A DNA stretch of 64,000 nucleotides from Planctomycetaceae bacterium (lineage in GTDB: Bacteria; Planctomycetota; Planctomycetia; Pirellulales; UBA1268): assembly GCA_947459185.1 (NCBI GenBank), contig CANHCU010000003.1, positions 4,870 to 68,869 of the forward strand. Direction: 5' to 3'. A program made the position numbers and the translations under genes. The notes under the pieces were generated by a model, which searched no databases, was not told where the DNA came from, and saw nothing but the letters and a program-made list of their open reading frames with translations. Shown here piece by piece: positions 38,470 through 47,259 of this stretch; the first letter of the stretch is position 1; each line of letters begins with the position of its first letter.

Positions 38470-39032
38470 GACCGCGGCCGACCAGGTTTCTGAGGGCGAC
38501 GATTTTCCAGACCGGCCGCCGCCAGCAGCGAGCGGCTGAAGATGTCGCGCAACGGGGAGCCGTGGGCAGAGGCGTCACCGGTGCTGAGCGCGGCCGGGTT
38601 GTAGCACACCTCGTATTCGTGCCGGCCGATCGAGACCTTGTCGCCCGGATCGAGACGACCTTCCGTGACTCGCGTGCCGTTGACCTTGGTGCCGTTGCTG
38701 CTGCCGAGATCCTTCACGACCCAGTGATCTGCCACGAGGGAGAGTTCGCAGTGGGTGCCGGACACGTTCGGGAACCGCAGGACGATGTCGGAACTCTCCC
38801 GTCGGCCGATGATGAGCGTCGATTTCAGCAGCGGAATCGGGTCGCCGCCGCCGACGGGCTGGAGTTCGCCAAACGATGCCGGTGGCTCCATTGCCACGCG
38901 GGGACGCGGCGGGCTGGCGTGGTGGGAGGAGGCTGGCGTCGGGTGGGTCGTCCTCGGGAGTGCGTCGGTCATGGATGGCGGGGCAGGCAAGGTGTGGTTC
39001 ACTGTGGATCGCGGGCCGGCGGCCCGGTGCAT
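38466..39032 (-). CDS. FHA domain protein
   Basis: LIIGRRESSDIVLRFPNVSGTHCELSLVADHWVVKDLGSSNGTKVNG. The start is uncertain (39032, 38972 or 38891). Confidence 0.8.
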   Translation of the reverse strand: MHRAAGPRSTVNHTLPAPPSMTDALPRTTHPTPASSHHASPPRPRVAMEPPASFGELQPVGGGDPIPLLKSTLIIGRRESSDIVLRFPNVSGTHCELSLVADHWVVKDLGSSNGTKVNGTRVTEGRLDPGDKVSIGRHEYEVCYNPAALSTGDASAHGSPLRDIFSRSLLAAAGLENRRPQKPGRPRS

Positions 39033-39160
39033 GGTCGGCTACGACAAAACTAGTACGAAACTAGGGTACGGGTCGTTCGGACGTCAAGAAAATCGCACGG
39101 TCAGAAAATTTCGGGTGGACGACGGTCACCCTGCGGCATCTGCGGCGTAGACTGAGTGTT

Positions 39161-39619
39161 GGACTGGAGCGGACCGGACGATCGCCGGCCGGCGGTCGCC
39201 TGGGTGCCATTTGGCATCTGTGGTGCATGCTGGCGGGAGGAAAGTCCGGGCTCCGTAGGGTGCGATGGTGGGTAACGCCCACCGGCCGCGAGGCCAGGGA
39301 AAGTGCCACAGAAAACAGACCGCCTGCGGAGTTCGCTCTGCGGGTAAGGGTGAAACGGTGAGGTAAGAGCTCACCAGCAGGCCGGGTGACCGGTCTGGCT
39401 CGGTAAACCCCATCGGGAGCAAGGCCAAGCAGGAAGGAGTCCGGTGCAACCCGCGTTCTGCGCAGGTGGTGTCGGCACGAAACGGCCCGTTTCGTCATTC
39501 CTTCCGGGTCGGCTGCTCGAGGCGTCGGGCAACCGGCGTCCTAGAGAAATGGTCGTCGCCCCGCGGGCCTTCGCAGGCTCGCGAGGAACAAAACCCGGCT
39601 TACAGGTCCGCTCCAGTCC
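39161..39619 (+). ncRNA. rnpB: RNase P RNA, bacterial type A, about 459 nt
   Basis: P1 pairs GGACTGGAGCGGACC with GGTCCGCTCCAGTCC. Universal blocks GGAGGAAAGTCCGGGCTCC, GGGTAACGCCCACC, GAAAGTGCCACAGAAAA, GGGTGAAACGGTGAGGTAAGAGCTCACCAG and ACAAAACCCGGCTTACAG are present. TAGACT lies 7 nt upstream of the 5' end. Confidence 0.95.
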
Positions 39620-39657
39620 TTTTATTCCGGTTCCTCCGGCTGTTCATCCTGTTCCGG

Positions 39658-40107
39658 CTAGTCGGTTTGCGCCGCTTTGTCGGCCCGCGGAGTGGCGGAA
39701 GTCGTCAGTTCCCGCCGACCTTCGCCATCGATCAGCTTCATCAGCTTTGAAATGCAGAGGGCATTGATGCTGACCTGCATCTGATCCGCTTCCGCTTTGA
39801 GGGTTTCGTGGAGGGAACTGGGCATCCTGACGGTGACCACCCGCTGCGTTGCCCGCTCGGCCGGGCGTTCCCGCTCGCGTTCGCGGAGATCGTCGAGCAT
39901 CTCCCGGATCCGGGCGTAGTGCGGGGTGCACTCGAACCGAATCAGTGCGTCTGGCGTGTTGAAGGTCCGCCTCACGATCCCATCCACTCCCAGCACCTCA
40001 CGGAAGAAGACCACCCATTCCGGCCCGATGGAGTGCAGGCGTTCTGCCACCTCCAGAACCGCGGCGGCGGCGTGGTCGGTTCCTGGTTCAAATGCGGTGG
40101 CGGTCAT
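39658..40107 (-). CDS. Ribbon-helix-helix (Arc/HicB-like) DNA-binding protein
   Basis: The C-terminal VVTVRMPSSLHETLKAEADQMQVSINALCISKL is an RHH pattern. AAGGAAG lies upstream of ATG 40107. Confidence 0.5.
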   Translation of the reverse strand: MTATAFEPGTDHAAAAVLEVAERLHSIGPEWVVFFREVLGVDGIVRRTFNTPDALIRFECTPHYARIREMLDDLRERERERPAERATQRVVTVRMPSSLHETLKAEADQMQVSINALCISKLMKLIDGEGRRELTTSATPRADKAAQTD

Positions 40108-40508
40108 GCGGTCGTCTTCCTTCTTGAATCGGGGCTGTGTTCTGGGCGGCCACGGATAGGCCGGGCTTCCCGGGAGTTGTTTCATGCCGATCGTGCCCAG
40201 CCGTGTTCGGACGGCCGGGCGGTCGGCAGGCGGGTCTTCCTCCAACCTGCGAGAAACTGTTTCCGGTCGGTCAAGTGACAGCATGAAGTGCAAGCACAGC
40301 AACGACTTGCGTCGACCAAGGCGGCCTCGACTTATTTTTGTGCAGCCATGCCTCGTTTGGTGGCACTCCTCCGGCTGCGCGATAAGTAGGCAGAGGCCCG
40401 GTTTCGCATTTGCCAAGTGTCCGGGTTGGGAGGGCCCCAAAAAAAGTCTCAACTGGAGGCTGGGCAGCCTGGGCAGACCTCGCTATGAGCCGTTTGTTTG
40501 GAGGCCGT

Positions 40509-41453
40509 TCAGCGGCTTTCGAGGTGCCGGACAACGGTGTCGGCCACCGAGATGCCCGTGGCCGCTTCCAGACCCCGCCATCCCGGGACGGCATTCACCT
40601 CCAGCACCAGCACCCGTCCATCACGGGCGGGCAGGAGGTCCACTCCGGCGATCTCCGTGTCCACGGCCTGGCTCGCGGCGCGAGCCAGGTTTACCCAGTC
40701 TGCCGGCGGACTGAACGCCTCCGGCCGGCCGCCCAGAGAGACATTGGTCCGCCAATCGTTGCCAGCGGCAAACCGTCGGATGGCAAAGCTCTCGTTGCCC
40801 ACGAGCAGGATGCGGACATCCCAGCCGTCGTGCGGGACGAATTCCTGCAGGTAGGCGACGGCACCTGCAGACTCGGCGGCGGTCGCGGCGTCGAGCAGGG
40901 GCGTGAGCGACTCGTGATCGGTTATCCTGACGAGCCCGCGACCTCGCGAGCCGAACAGCGGCTTTGCGATGCAGTCGCTCCCCAGCGCTTGCCACGCTGC
41001 CTCGATCGTCGCCGGGCTCTGGGCGACCATCGTGCGAGGAACAGGCAGGCCGGCTGCCGCCATCCGTGCCAGCGACAGATATTTGTCGATGGCGATTTCG
41101 AGACCGCGGGGACTGTTCACCACCGGCGTTCCCCGGGCCGCCAGCCTTCCCAGCAGGTCCATGCGGAAGATGACCTCCTCCAGGCCGCCACCCGGCATGC
41201 CACGCACGACGACGACATCGGCAGCCTCGATCGCCGGCGGCAGAAATCGCTCGGTGGCCAGGCCGCTGGCGGCGGAGAGGATCGCTGGCGGCGCCGTCCG
41301 CACTTCGGCTGAGAGTTCGCTCCACCGCACCGCCACTGCCAGGTGGCCGCGGGCTTCAAACGCGGCCAGGAGACGACTCACATGCCACCCCAACGGTTCA
41401 CCGACCACGGCCACCCGCAGACCGCCACCCGCATGACGGGCCATGGGCATCAT
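40509..41453 (-). CDS. RimK-family ATP-grasp ligase (MptN/Orf17-like H4MPT:glutamate ligase candidate)
   Basis: CIAKPLFGSRGRGLVRI, YLQEFVP and GVDLLPARDGRVLVLEVNAVPGW. Its start overlaps the mch stop (ATGA). Confidence 0.7.
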   Translation of the reverse strand: MMPMARHAGGGLRVAVVGEPLGWHVSRLLAAFEARGHLAVAVRWSELSAEVRTAPPAILSAASGLATERFLPPAIEAADVVVVRGMPGGGLEEVIFRMDLLGRLAARGTPVVNSPRGLEIAIDKYLSLARMAAAGLPVPRTMVAQSPATIEAAWQALGSDCIAKPLFGSRGRGLVRITDHESLTPLLDAATAAESAGAVAYLQEFVPHDGWDVRILLVGNESFAIRRFAAGNDWRTNVSLGGRPEAFSPPADWVNLARAASQAVDTEIAGVDLLPARDGRVLVLEVNAVPGWRGLEAATGISVADTVVRHLESR

Positions 41454-42454
41454 GCCCCCGAGCCGGCAGTCGTGGCCTGCGGCGTCGTGAATGAACTGGC
41501 CACGATCTCGGGGGCGATCCCGCCGAAGCGGTGTCGGCGGCCCGTGTCGATGTTGACCAGATCAACCACCGCAGGGGCGAACAGCGCCGGATCGAGCGCG
41601 TAGAAGTCGCGGCCCGCCCGCTCGAAGAGCGTGCAGAACGGAGCGCCGTAGTCGGCCGAGGCGCGGCTCACCATCTGCGGGCCGATCGCGAGCAGGCTGG
41701 CATCATCGCCGGTCACTTCCAGCACGACATGGCCCCCGTAGAGGATGGCGTCGTTGGTGCGGCCGATGGCGACGAGGTCGTCCTTGCGAGGCACGGGGGC
41801 CAGCGGCGCGCGGCCGGAGCCCCTGCGGATCCTGTGGAGATCGAAGTGCAGTTCGTGAAGCTTATGCAGCGCGGTCTCCAGCGATCGGGCGATCACCTGA
41901 AGCGTGCCGGCCATGCTCGCCGTGCGGGCCACCAGCAGCACAAGTTTGTCCGACGCCACGCGCGCGTCGGCCGCGAGCGACAGACAGACATCATCGGGCG
42001 GAAGTTTTGCCGTCTCGAGCAGACCGACCGCGGCGTCTGCCCGCTCCCGCATGCCGATCTGGTCATAGAGAGTCTCGCGGCCGATCGCCGCGCGGATCGG
42101 TCCGCTGGCCATCGCGAAGTAATCGGACGTGCTCACCTTCCAGCCCGCATACTGCGAGGCGAGGCACGCCGCCAACGGCTGTTCGCTTTTCACTGCCACG
42201 ATTGGCCAGGGGCAGTCGGGCCAGATCTTGGAAAAATCGGCTGGCGAGTGTCCGGGCTCTTCGAGCCAGACGGTGCCGAGCCCGGCCATCGCGGCCCGCG
42301 CGAGCAGCACGCCCGCGTCGATGCTCCCGGCAGCCTTCACGCCGCAGTCCACGACCCTTGCTCCGTTGGTCACCGTGTGGCACTCCACGCCGAGTGCCTC
42401 TGTCTGGGAGAGGAGTTTCGCGACGATCTCCAGGGCTCCTGCGTTGAGCTGCAT
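41450..42454 (-). CDS. mch: Methenyl-H4MPT cyclohydrolase
   Basis: MQLNAGALEIVAKLL..GARVVDCGVKAAGSIDAGVLLARAAMAGLG and YFAMASGPIRA follow the Mch pattern. Start at ATG 42454. Confidence 0.85.
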   Translation of the reverse strand: MQLNAGALEIVAKLLSQTEALGVECHTVTNGARVVDCGVKAAGSIDAGVLLARAAMAGLGTVWLEEPGHSPADFSKIWPDCPWPIVAVKSEQPLAACLASQYAGWKVSTSDYFAMASGPIRAAIGRETLYDQIGMRERADAAVGLLETAKLPPDDVCLSLAADARVASDKLVLLVARTASMAGTLQVIARSLETALHKLHELHFDLHRIRRGSGRAPLAPVPRKDDLVAIGRTNDAILYGGHVVLEVTGDDASLLAIGPQMVSRASADYGAPFCTLFERAGRDFYALDPALFAPAVVDLVNIDTGRRHRFGGIAPEIVASSFTTPQATTAGSGA

Positions 42455-42467
42455 ACCAATGCCTTCA

Positions 42468-42490
42468 GAAAAAGGTGCCAGCCACCAAAT
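42468..42490. promoter_or_regulatory. DtxR-box-like element, left arm
   Basis: GAAAAAGGTGCCAGCCACCAAAT lies 14 nt upstream of the mch ATG. It is the inverted partner of 42532-42555. Confidence 0.4.
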
Positions 42491-42531
42491 ATGGGGAGTG
42501 TGGGCAAGACGCCCCAGTGTATCTTTCCCAG

Positions 42532-42555
42532 ATTTGGTGCCCGGCACCTTTTTTT
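42532..42555. promoter_or_regulatory. DtxR-box-like palindrome, right arm
   Basis: ATTTGGTGCCCGGCACCTTTTTTT has the core palindrome GGTGCC-C-GGCACC, and its TTNGGT...ACC spacing resembles TTAGGTTAGCCTAACCTAA. It lies 58 nt upstream of the regulator start. Confidence 0.4.
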
Positions 42556-42612
42556 GGCGACTAGCACTTTTTTTTGGGCGTGCGACACTGCCGGGGCCAG
42601 AAGGAGGGTGCC

Positions 42613-43284
42613 GTGCCAAGCCTGACCGTCGAGAACTACGTCAAGACGATCTATCAGATCACGGCCGCCCAGGCGGGCCAGCCGGCCAGTACCGGGCAGA
42701 TCGCCGCCGCGCTCGATGTTTCCCCCGGCACGGTCACGAGCATGCTCAAGACGCTCGACGCCGCGCGGCTGGCCACCCACAAGCCCTACGAGGGAGTGGC
42801 CCTGTCGCGGGCCGGCCGCGTGCTGGCACTGCGGATGATCCGGCGGCATCGGCTCATCGAACTCTTTCTGCTCCGCACGCTCGACATGAGCTGGGACGAG
42901 GTGCACGACGAGGCCGAACACATGGAGCACGCCGTCAGCGATCTGCTGGTCGATCGGATCGACGCCTTCCTCGGGCATCCCGAGGTCGATCCACACGGCG
43001 ACCCGATTCCGCGGGGTGATGGCCCCGCGCTCGAGCCTCCCGTGGAGACGCCGGCCCGGCCGTTGGCCGAGTGTGCCGCAGGCACGCGATTTCGTCTGGC
43101 CCGCGTGCTCGATCAGTCATCGGAGTTTCTTCGCTATCTCACCGACTCCGGTCTGGCCTTGGCCGCGACGGGCACAGTCGAGAAGAATCCCGACGGCGCC
43201 GGCCTGATGCGGATTTGTGTTCACGACAAGGCGATGTCGCTGTCGCTCGAAGCGGCGAGCAAACTGCTCGTCACCGAGGGCTGA
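42613..43284 (+). CDS. DtxR/MntR-family metal-dependent transcriptional regulator with a C-terminal FeoA/SH3-like domain
   Basis: LTVENYVKTIYQI, STGQIAAALDVSPGTVTSMLKTL, RHRLIELFL, WDEVHDEAEHMEH and DPHGDPIP. GTG 42613 is preceded by AAGGAGG. Confidence 0.85.
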   Translation: MPSLTVENYVKTIYQITAAQAGQPASTGQIAAALDVSPGTVTSMLKTLDAARLATHKPYEGVALSRAGRVLALRMIRRHRLIELFLLRTLDMSWDEVHDEAEHMEHAVSDLLVDRIDAFLGHPEVDPHGDPIPRGDGPALEPPVETPARPLAECAAGTRFRLARVLDQSSEFLRYLTDSGLALAATGTVEKNPDGAGLMRICVHDKAMSLSLEAASKLLVTEG

Positions 43285-43792
43285 CTTCCCACACGGCCGA
43301 CTGGCCGAGGCACTCGTCCACCTCGACCTTCAGGCAGCCGCGGATCGGACTGCCCGCGGATACAAAAGCGGCGAGAAGCTCGTGGCCGATCCAACGCGCC
43401 AGCCATTCCGCGGTCGCGTTTACCACCGGCAGGAGCACGCACTCGTCGGCTGGAAACACCCACCGGCGGTTTTGGAACCGCACGGTCACCTCGGTCGCCC
43501 CCGCCACGCCGTTCACAACCGGGCCCGGGGCCGTGGACACATCGAGCAGCCGGTTCTGCGTAGGCAGAAGCATGTGGTGGTCGAGCCGCGACACGATGGC
43601 CGAGAGCCGATCACGCAGCATGATGAAGTCGACGACCATGCCATGGGCATCGGGCGGCCCCTCGACATCGACGCCCACGAGCCAGTTGTGGCCATGCACC
43701 GCCTCGCAGAGATCGTCGGTGAGCGTGATGAAGTGGCCAGCACAGAAGACATGCACCGCCTTGCGGAGGCGGACCGTGAAGCGTTCGTTCAT
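43271..43792 (-). CDS. 6-pyruvoyl-tetrahydropterin synthase-family protein (H4MPT-island Orf19-like)
   Basis: FCAGHFITL..CEAVHGHNW and MVVDF are PTPS/QueD-type motifs. Its start overlaps the upstream gene stop (ATGA). Confidence 0.7.
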   Translation of the reverse strand: MNERFTVRLRKAVHVFCAGHFITLTDDLCEAVHGHNWLVGVDVEGPPDAHGMVVDFIMLRDRLSAIVSRLDHHMLLPTQNRLLDVSTAPGPVVNGVAGATEVTVRFQNRRWVFPADECVLLPVVNATAEWLARWIGHELLAAFVSAGSPIRGCLKVEVDECLGQSAVWEVSPR

Positions 43793-44778
43793 GTTTGGGT
43801 TCGAGCGTGAGGTGGAGGCAGAGGCGAAGGTGGAGTCGGGGATACATCAGCCAGGAGGCGACCGCTACGAATGAGAATATAGAGCGCGGCTGCGGTGAGG
43901 TCGGCCGTCGTGCCGGGATTCAGTCGCCGGGGCGACCGCAGAGACAGGTCGAACTCGGGGATCATCTGCGGGCGGGCCAGGGCAGTGGCGGCCCGCTGCG
44001 ACACCTCGATCGCCACGGGGAGGCCGTGCTTGCGGGCGATGAGCGAATCGGGCTCCCGCGCGAGTTGAGCGAGAAAGGCCTGCACGATCGCATCGTCGAG
44101 GACAAGACCGCGGCCGATCGCCGCGTCGAGATCGGCCACGAGGCCGGTGAACAGCGAGTCATAGCCGTCTGCCCAGAGCCTCGCGATGGAGTCTCGCGGG
44201 GCCGCGAGCCTCATCGCCGCCATCAGGTCGTCTGGCGGCGGCCCTGCAAGGTCGTGTTGCCCGCTCTGCCCCATACCGCCCGGCTGGGCCAGCTCGATCG
44301 CCTGCCAGATATCGGCGGCATCGGCCGGGGTGAGTCGCGCGAGCACCTCCGCGACAGCAGCGGGGCTTGTGGGGCGATCATCCGGTACGGCTGCCAGCGG
44401 TGCGATTGCCAGGACGATGCCGAGATTGGCGTTGGACCGCGTCACCGACCTGGCTGCCGTCACGGCTGTGAGGATCGTGCGGCCCAGCGGTACCTCCGCA
44501 GCGTGTTCCATCGACGTCGCGATCGCCAGGCCAGCAGCCACCAGTTCCGCATGGGTGAGGTCTGGAAACTCGGCGGCCGGATGCACATTGCCAGGTTTGG
44601 CTGCGGAGGCTTCGAGGATGCTGGCCGCGGCCGCAGACCAGCCACGCCCGTGCGGCGGGAAAGAAATGGGCAGTCGCGAAAGCGCCGAGGTGAGCTGCCG
44701 TAACACGGCCTCTCGGCCGGCGTCGGCACCGGGGTGGAACGGGCCGGTGGAGTGAATGTGTGAATCCTGTTCAGTCAA
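43789..44778 (-). CDS. Triphosphoribosyl-dephospho-CoA synthase (CitG/MdcB)-family protein (H4MPT-island Orf9-like)
   Basis: SILEASAAKPGNVHPAAEFPDLTHAELVAAG resembles the E..t.PKPGlV..H.DM motif of the family. Confidence 0.65.
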   Translation of the reverse strand: MTEQDSHIHSTGPFHPGADAGREAVLRQLTSALSRLPISFPPHGRGWSAAAASILEASAAKPGNVHPAAEFPDLTHAELVAAGLAIATSMEHAAEVPLGRTILTAVTAARSVTRSNANLGIVLAIAPLAAVPDDRPTSPAAVAEVLARLTPADAADIWQAIELAQPGGMGQSGQHDLAGPPPDDLMAAMRLAAPRDSIARLWADGYDSLFTGLVADLDAAIGRGLVLDDAIVQAFLAQLAREPDSLIARKHGLPVAIEVSQRAATALARPQMIPEFDLSLRSPRRLNPGTTADLTAAALYILIRSGRLLADVSPTPPSPLPPPHARTQT

Positions 44779-44902
44779 ACGCGCTGGCTATAGATGGGCC
44801 TCGACAGAGAGTACACTCTGCCGCGGGTTCAGCGACCGCGTCACGCGGTTTCGGCTGTCTTTTCGGCGGCTTTTGGCGAACCATACAAGCCTGAGGGAGT
44901 CG

Positions 44903-47137
44903 ATGGCGATGCGGGAAAATCAGACGGACGGAAAAATCGGACCTGAATGCTTCCTTAACCGCGAGCTGAGCTGGTTGGAGTTCAACCTGCGTGTGCTGGA
45001 GGAAGCGGAGAACACCGAGAATCCGCTCATGGAGCGGCTGAAATTCCTGGCGATTTTCAGCTCGAACCTCGACGAATTCTTCATGGTCCGGTTGGCAGGC
45101 GTCCGCGAGCAGGCCTTCGGTGAGAGTGCCCCGCAGGATTATGCGCCCGATGGTCTCAGCGCGATCGAGCAGCTCAAGGCGGTCGCCAAGCGGACGCAGG
45201 ATCTCGTGGCCAGGCAGTATCGCTGCCTCAAGGAGAGCATCGGGCCGGCGATGGCCGCCGAGGGCTTCGAGCTGCTCCGCTACGATGCCTTGGAGGGCTC
45301 GCACCGCGAACACATTGACAGGTTTTTCAGGGAGAGGGTGCTGCCGATTCTCACGCCCATGGCGGTCGATCCGGCTCATCCGTCGCCCCGCTATCACAAT
45401 CGCGGCCTCTATTTGGGCGTGATGCTCGAGCATGCGGAGGGGCTGGGACCGAAGCGGCTGTTTGCCGTGGTGCAGGTGCCGCAGGTACTGCCGCGGATCG
45501 TCGTGGTGCCCTCGACCTCCCCTGGCCGCACCAGCTTCGTGCTGCTCGAAGACGTGGTAGCAGCGCGGCTGCCGGAGCTGTTCGGCGGATTTCAGGTGCG
45601 GTCGTGGACCTCGTTTCGCATCACGCGGGACAGCGACCTGGAACTGCTGGAGCAGGAGTCGGACGACATGCTGCGGTTGATCGAGGATCGTCTCAAGGCG
45701 CGGCAACGCGGTCAGGCGGTCCGAATCGAGATCGCCTCGAAGGCAGACGAGTCACTGGCCCACATGATCATCGACGCCGAGGACCTGCATGATGGCAGGG
45801 CCGACGGCTACAGCGAGGTCTACCGGATCGACGGTCCGCTCGACCTGACGGCCCTCTGGGATCTCTACAAACTGCCCGGCTTCGAGAAGCTCCACGACAA
45901 GCCGTTCATCCCGCGGATGCCCCGCGGCCTCGACCGTCGTCGTGGCGACATCTTCTCCGCCATCGCCGCGGGTGACATTCTGCTGCATCATCCCTACGAA
46001 TCGTTCGACCCGGTCGTGGATTTCGTGACGAGTGCGGCCAACGATCCCCGTGTGCTGGCCATTAAGCAGACGCTCTACCGCACCAGCGGCGACTCGCCCA
46101 TCTCGCGGGCGCTGATCACCGCCGCGGAGTCGGGCAAGCAGGTGACGGCACTGGTGGAACTCAAGGCCCGCTTCGACGAGGCCAACAACGTGAGCTGGGC
46201 ACGGCAGATGGAGCGGGCTGGCGTGCACGTCGTGTTTGGATTCCTCGATCTGAAGACCCACTGCAAGGTGTCGATGGTCGTGCGAAATGAGGGGCAGCGG
46301 CTCCGTCGCTATGTGCACCTTGGCACGGGCAATTACAACCCGACGACGGCGTCGATCTACACCGATCTCGGCCTCTTCACCGCCGACGAGGCGATCGCGG
46401 AAGATGCTTCGGCTCTCTTCAATCTGCTCACCGGCTACTCGCAGGGGCATGCCTGGCGGAAGCTGGTCGTGGCTCCCAACGACCTCCATCGGCGGACCCT
46501 GGAATTGATCGAGGAGCAGACACAGCGGGCGCTCGCCGGCCGTCCGTCTCGGATCTTCGCCAAGCTCAACTCGCTCGTGGATCACACCGTGATCGAGGCG
46601 CTCTATCGAGCCAGCCAGGCCGGGGTGCCGATCGACGTCGTCGCGCGGGGCATCTGTTGCCTGCGGCCGGGCGTGCCGGGATTGAGTGAGACGATCCGTG
46701 TCCGCAGCATCGTCGATCGGTTCCTGGAACACAGTCGCATCTACGTCTTCGGTGCCGACGAGGAGGCTCAGGTCTATCTGTCGAGTGCCGACTGGATGCC
46801 ACGAAACTTCTTCCGGCGGGTCGAGCTGATGTTTCCGGTGCTCGCGCCGGAGCTGTCGTCGCGAATCTTGAAGGAGATCATCCCCCTGTATCTCACCGAC
46901 AACATGCGTGCCCGGCAGTTGGATAAGGACGGCGTGTTTCATCTGCTGCATCCCGGGCCGGGAGAGATGCCGTTGCGAAGCCAGATTCAGATGCTCGAAC
47001 AGGGGCTGCCGGAGGTCGATTCGTTCGGAGCCCCGGCGTTGGCGGGCGGAGAGGGAGGGGCCGTAGGCCTGATGGGCTCTCGGAGCGGCGGCCGCGGCCG
47101 TTCTGCCACGGGCAAGACGCGAAAGTCGCGGGGCTAG
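44903..47137 (+). CDS. ppk1: Polyphosphate kinase 1
   Basis: FLNRELSWLEFNLRVLEEA..PLMERLKFLAIFSSNLDEFFMVR and the HCK active-site region. GAGGGAG lies upstream of ATG 44903. Confidence 0.95.
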   Translation: MAMRENQTDGKIGPECFLNRELSWLEFNLRVLEEAENTENPLMERLKFLAIFSSNLDEFFMVRLAGVREQAFGESAPQDYAPDGLSAIEQLKAVAKRTQDLVARQYRCLKESIGPAMAAEGFELLRYDALEGSHREHIDRFFRERVLPILTPMAVDPAHPSPRYHNRGLYLGVMLEHAEGLGPKRLFAVVQVPQVLPRIVVVPSTSPGRTSFVLLEDVVAARLPELFGGFQVRSWTSFRITRDSDLELLEQESDDMLRLIEDRLKARQRGQAVRIEIASKADESLAHMIIDAEDLHDGRADGYSEVYRIDGPLDLTALWDLYKLPGFEKLHDKPFIPRMPRGLDRRRGDIFSAIAAGDILLHHPYESFDPVVDFVTSAANDPRVLAIKQTLYRTSGDSPISRALITAAESGKQVTALVELKARFDEANNVSWARQMERAGVHVVFGFLDLKTHCKVSMVVRNEGQRLRRYVHLGTGNYNPTTASIYTDLGLFTADEAIAEDASALFNLLTGYSQGHAWRKLVVAPNDLHRRTLELIEEQTQRALAGRPSRIFAKLNSLVDHTVIEALYRASQAGVPIDVVARGICCLRPGVPGLSETIRVRSIVDRFLEHSRIYVFGADEEAQVYLSSADWMPRNFFRRVELMFPVLAPELSSRILKEIIPLYLTDNMRARQLDKDGVFHLLHPGPGEMPLRSQIQMLEQGLPEVDSFGAPALAGGEGGAVGLMGSRSGGRGRSATGKTRKSRG

Positions 47138-47259
47138 ACGAAGGAGCCGTGGCCGCCATGGGGCGTCACTGATCTTTGCCATCTGCCTGCTACAATCTGA
47201 GGCTTAGCATCGCGTCCGGAGCGTGATGGCGGGCGGCCCATTTCTCCAGAGCCCATTCG

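Noticed and set aside
40351-40368. Sigma-54-like promoter TGGCACTCCTCCGGCTGC (perfect -24 TGGCAC, GC at the -12 position), given that rpoN is in the window
   Set aside because: It faces the plus strand, where no credible gene follows (mptN-like and mch are on the minus strand), and the -12 element lacks the TTGC consensus. Other TGGCAC hits (779, 29969) lack a -12 GC or are inside coding sequence.
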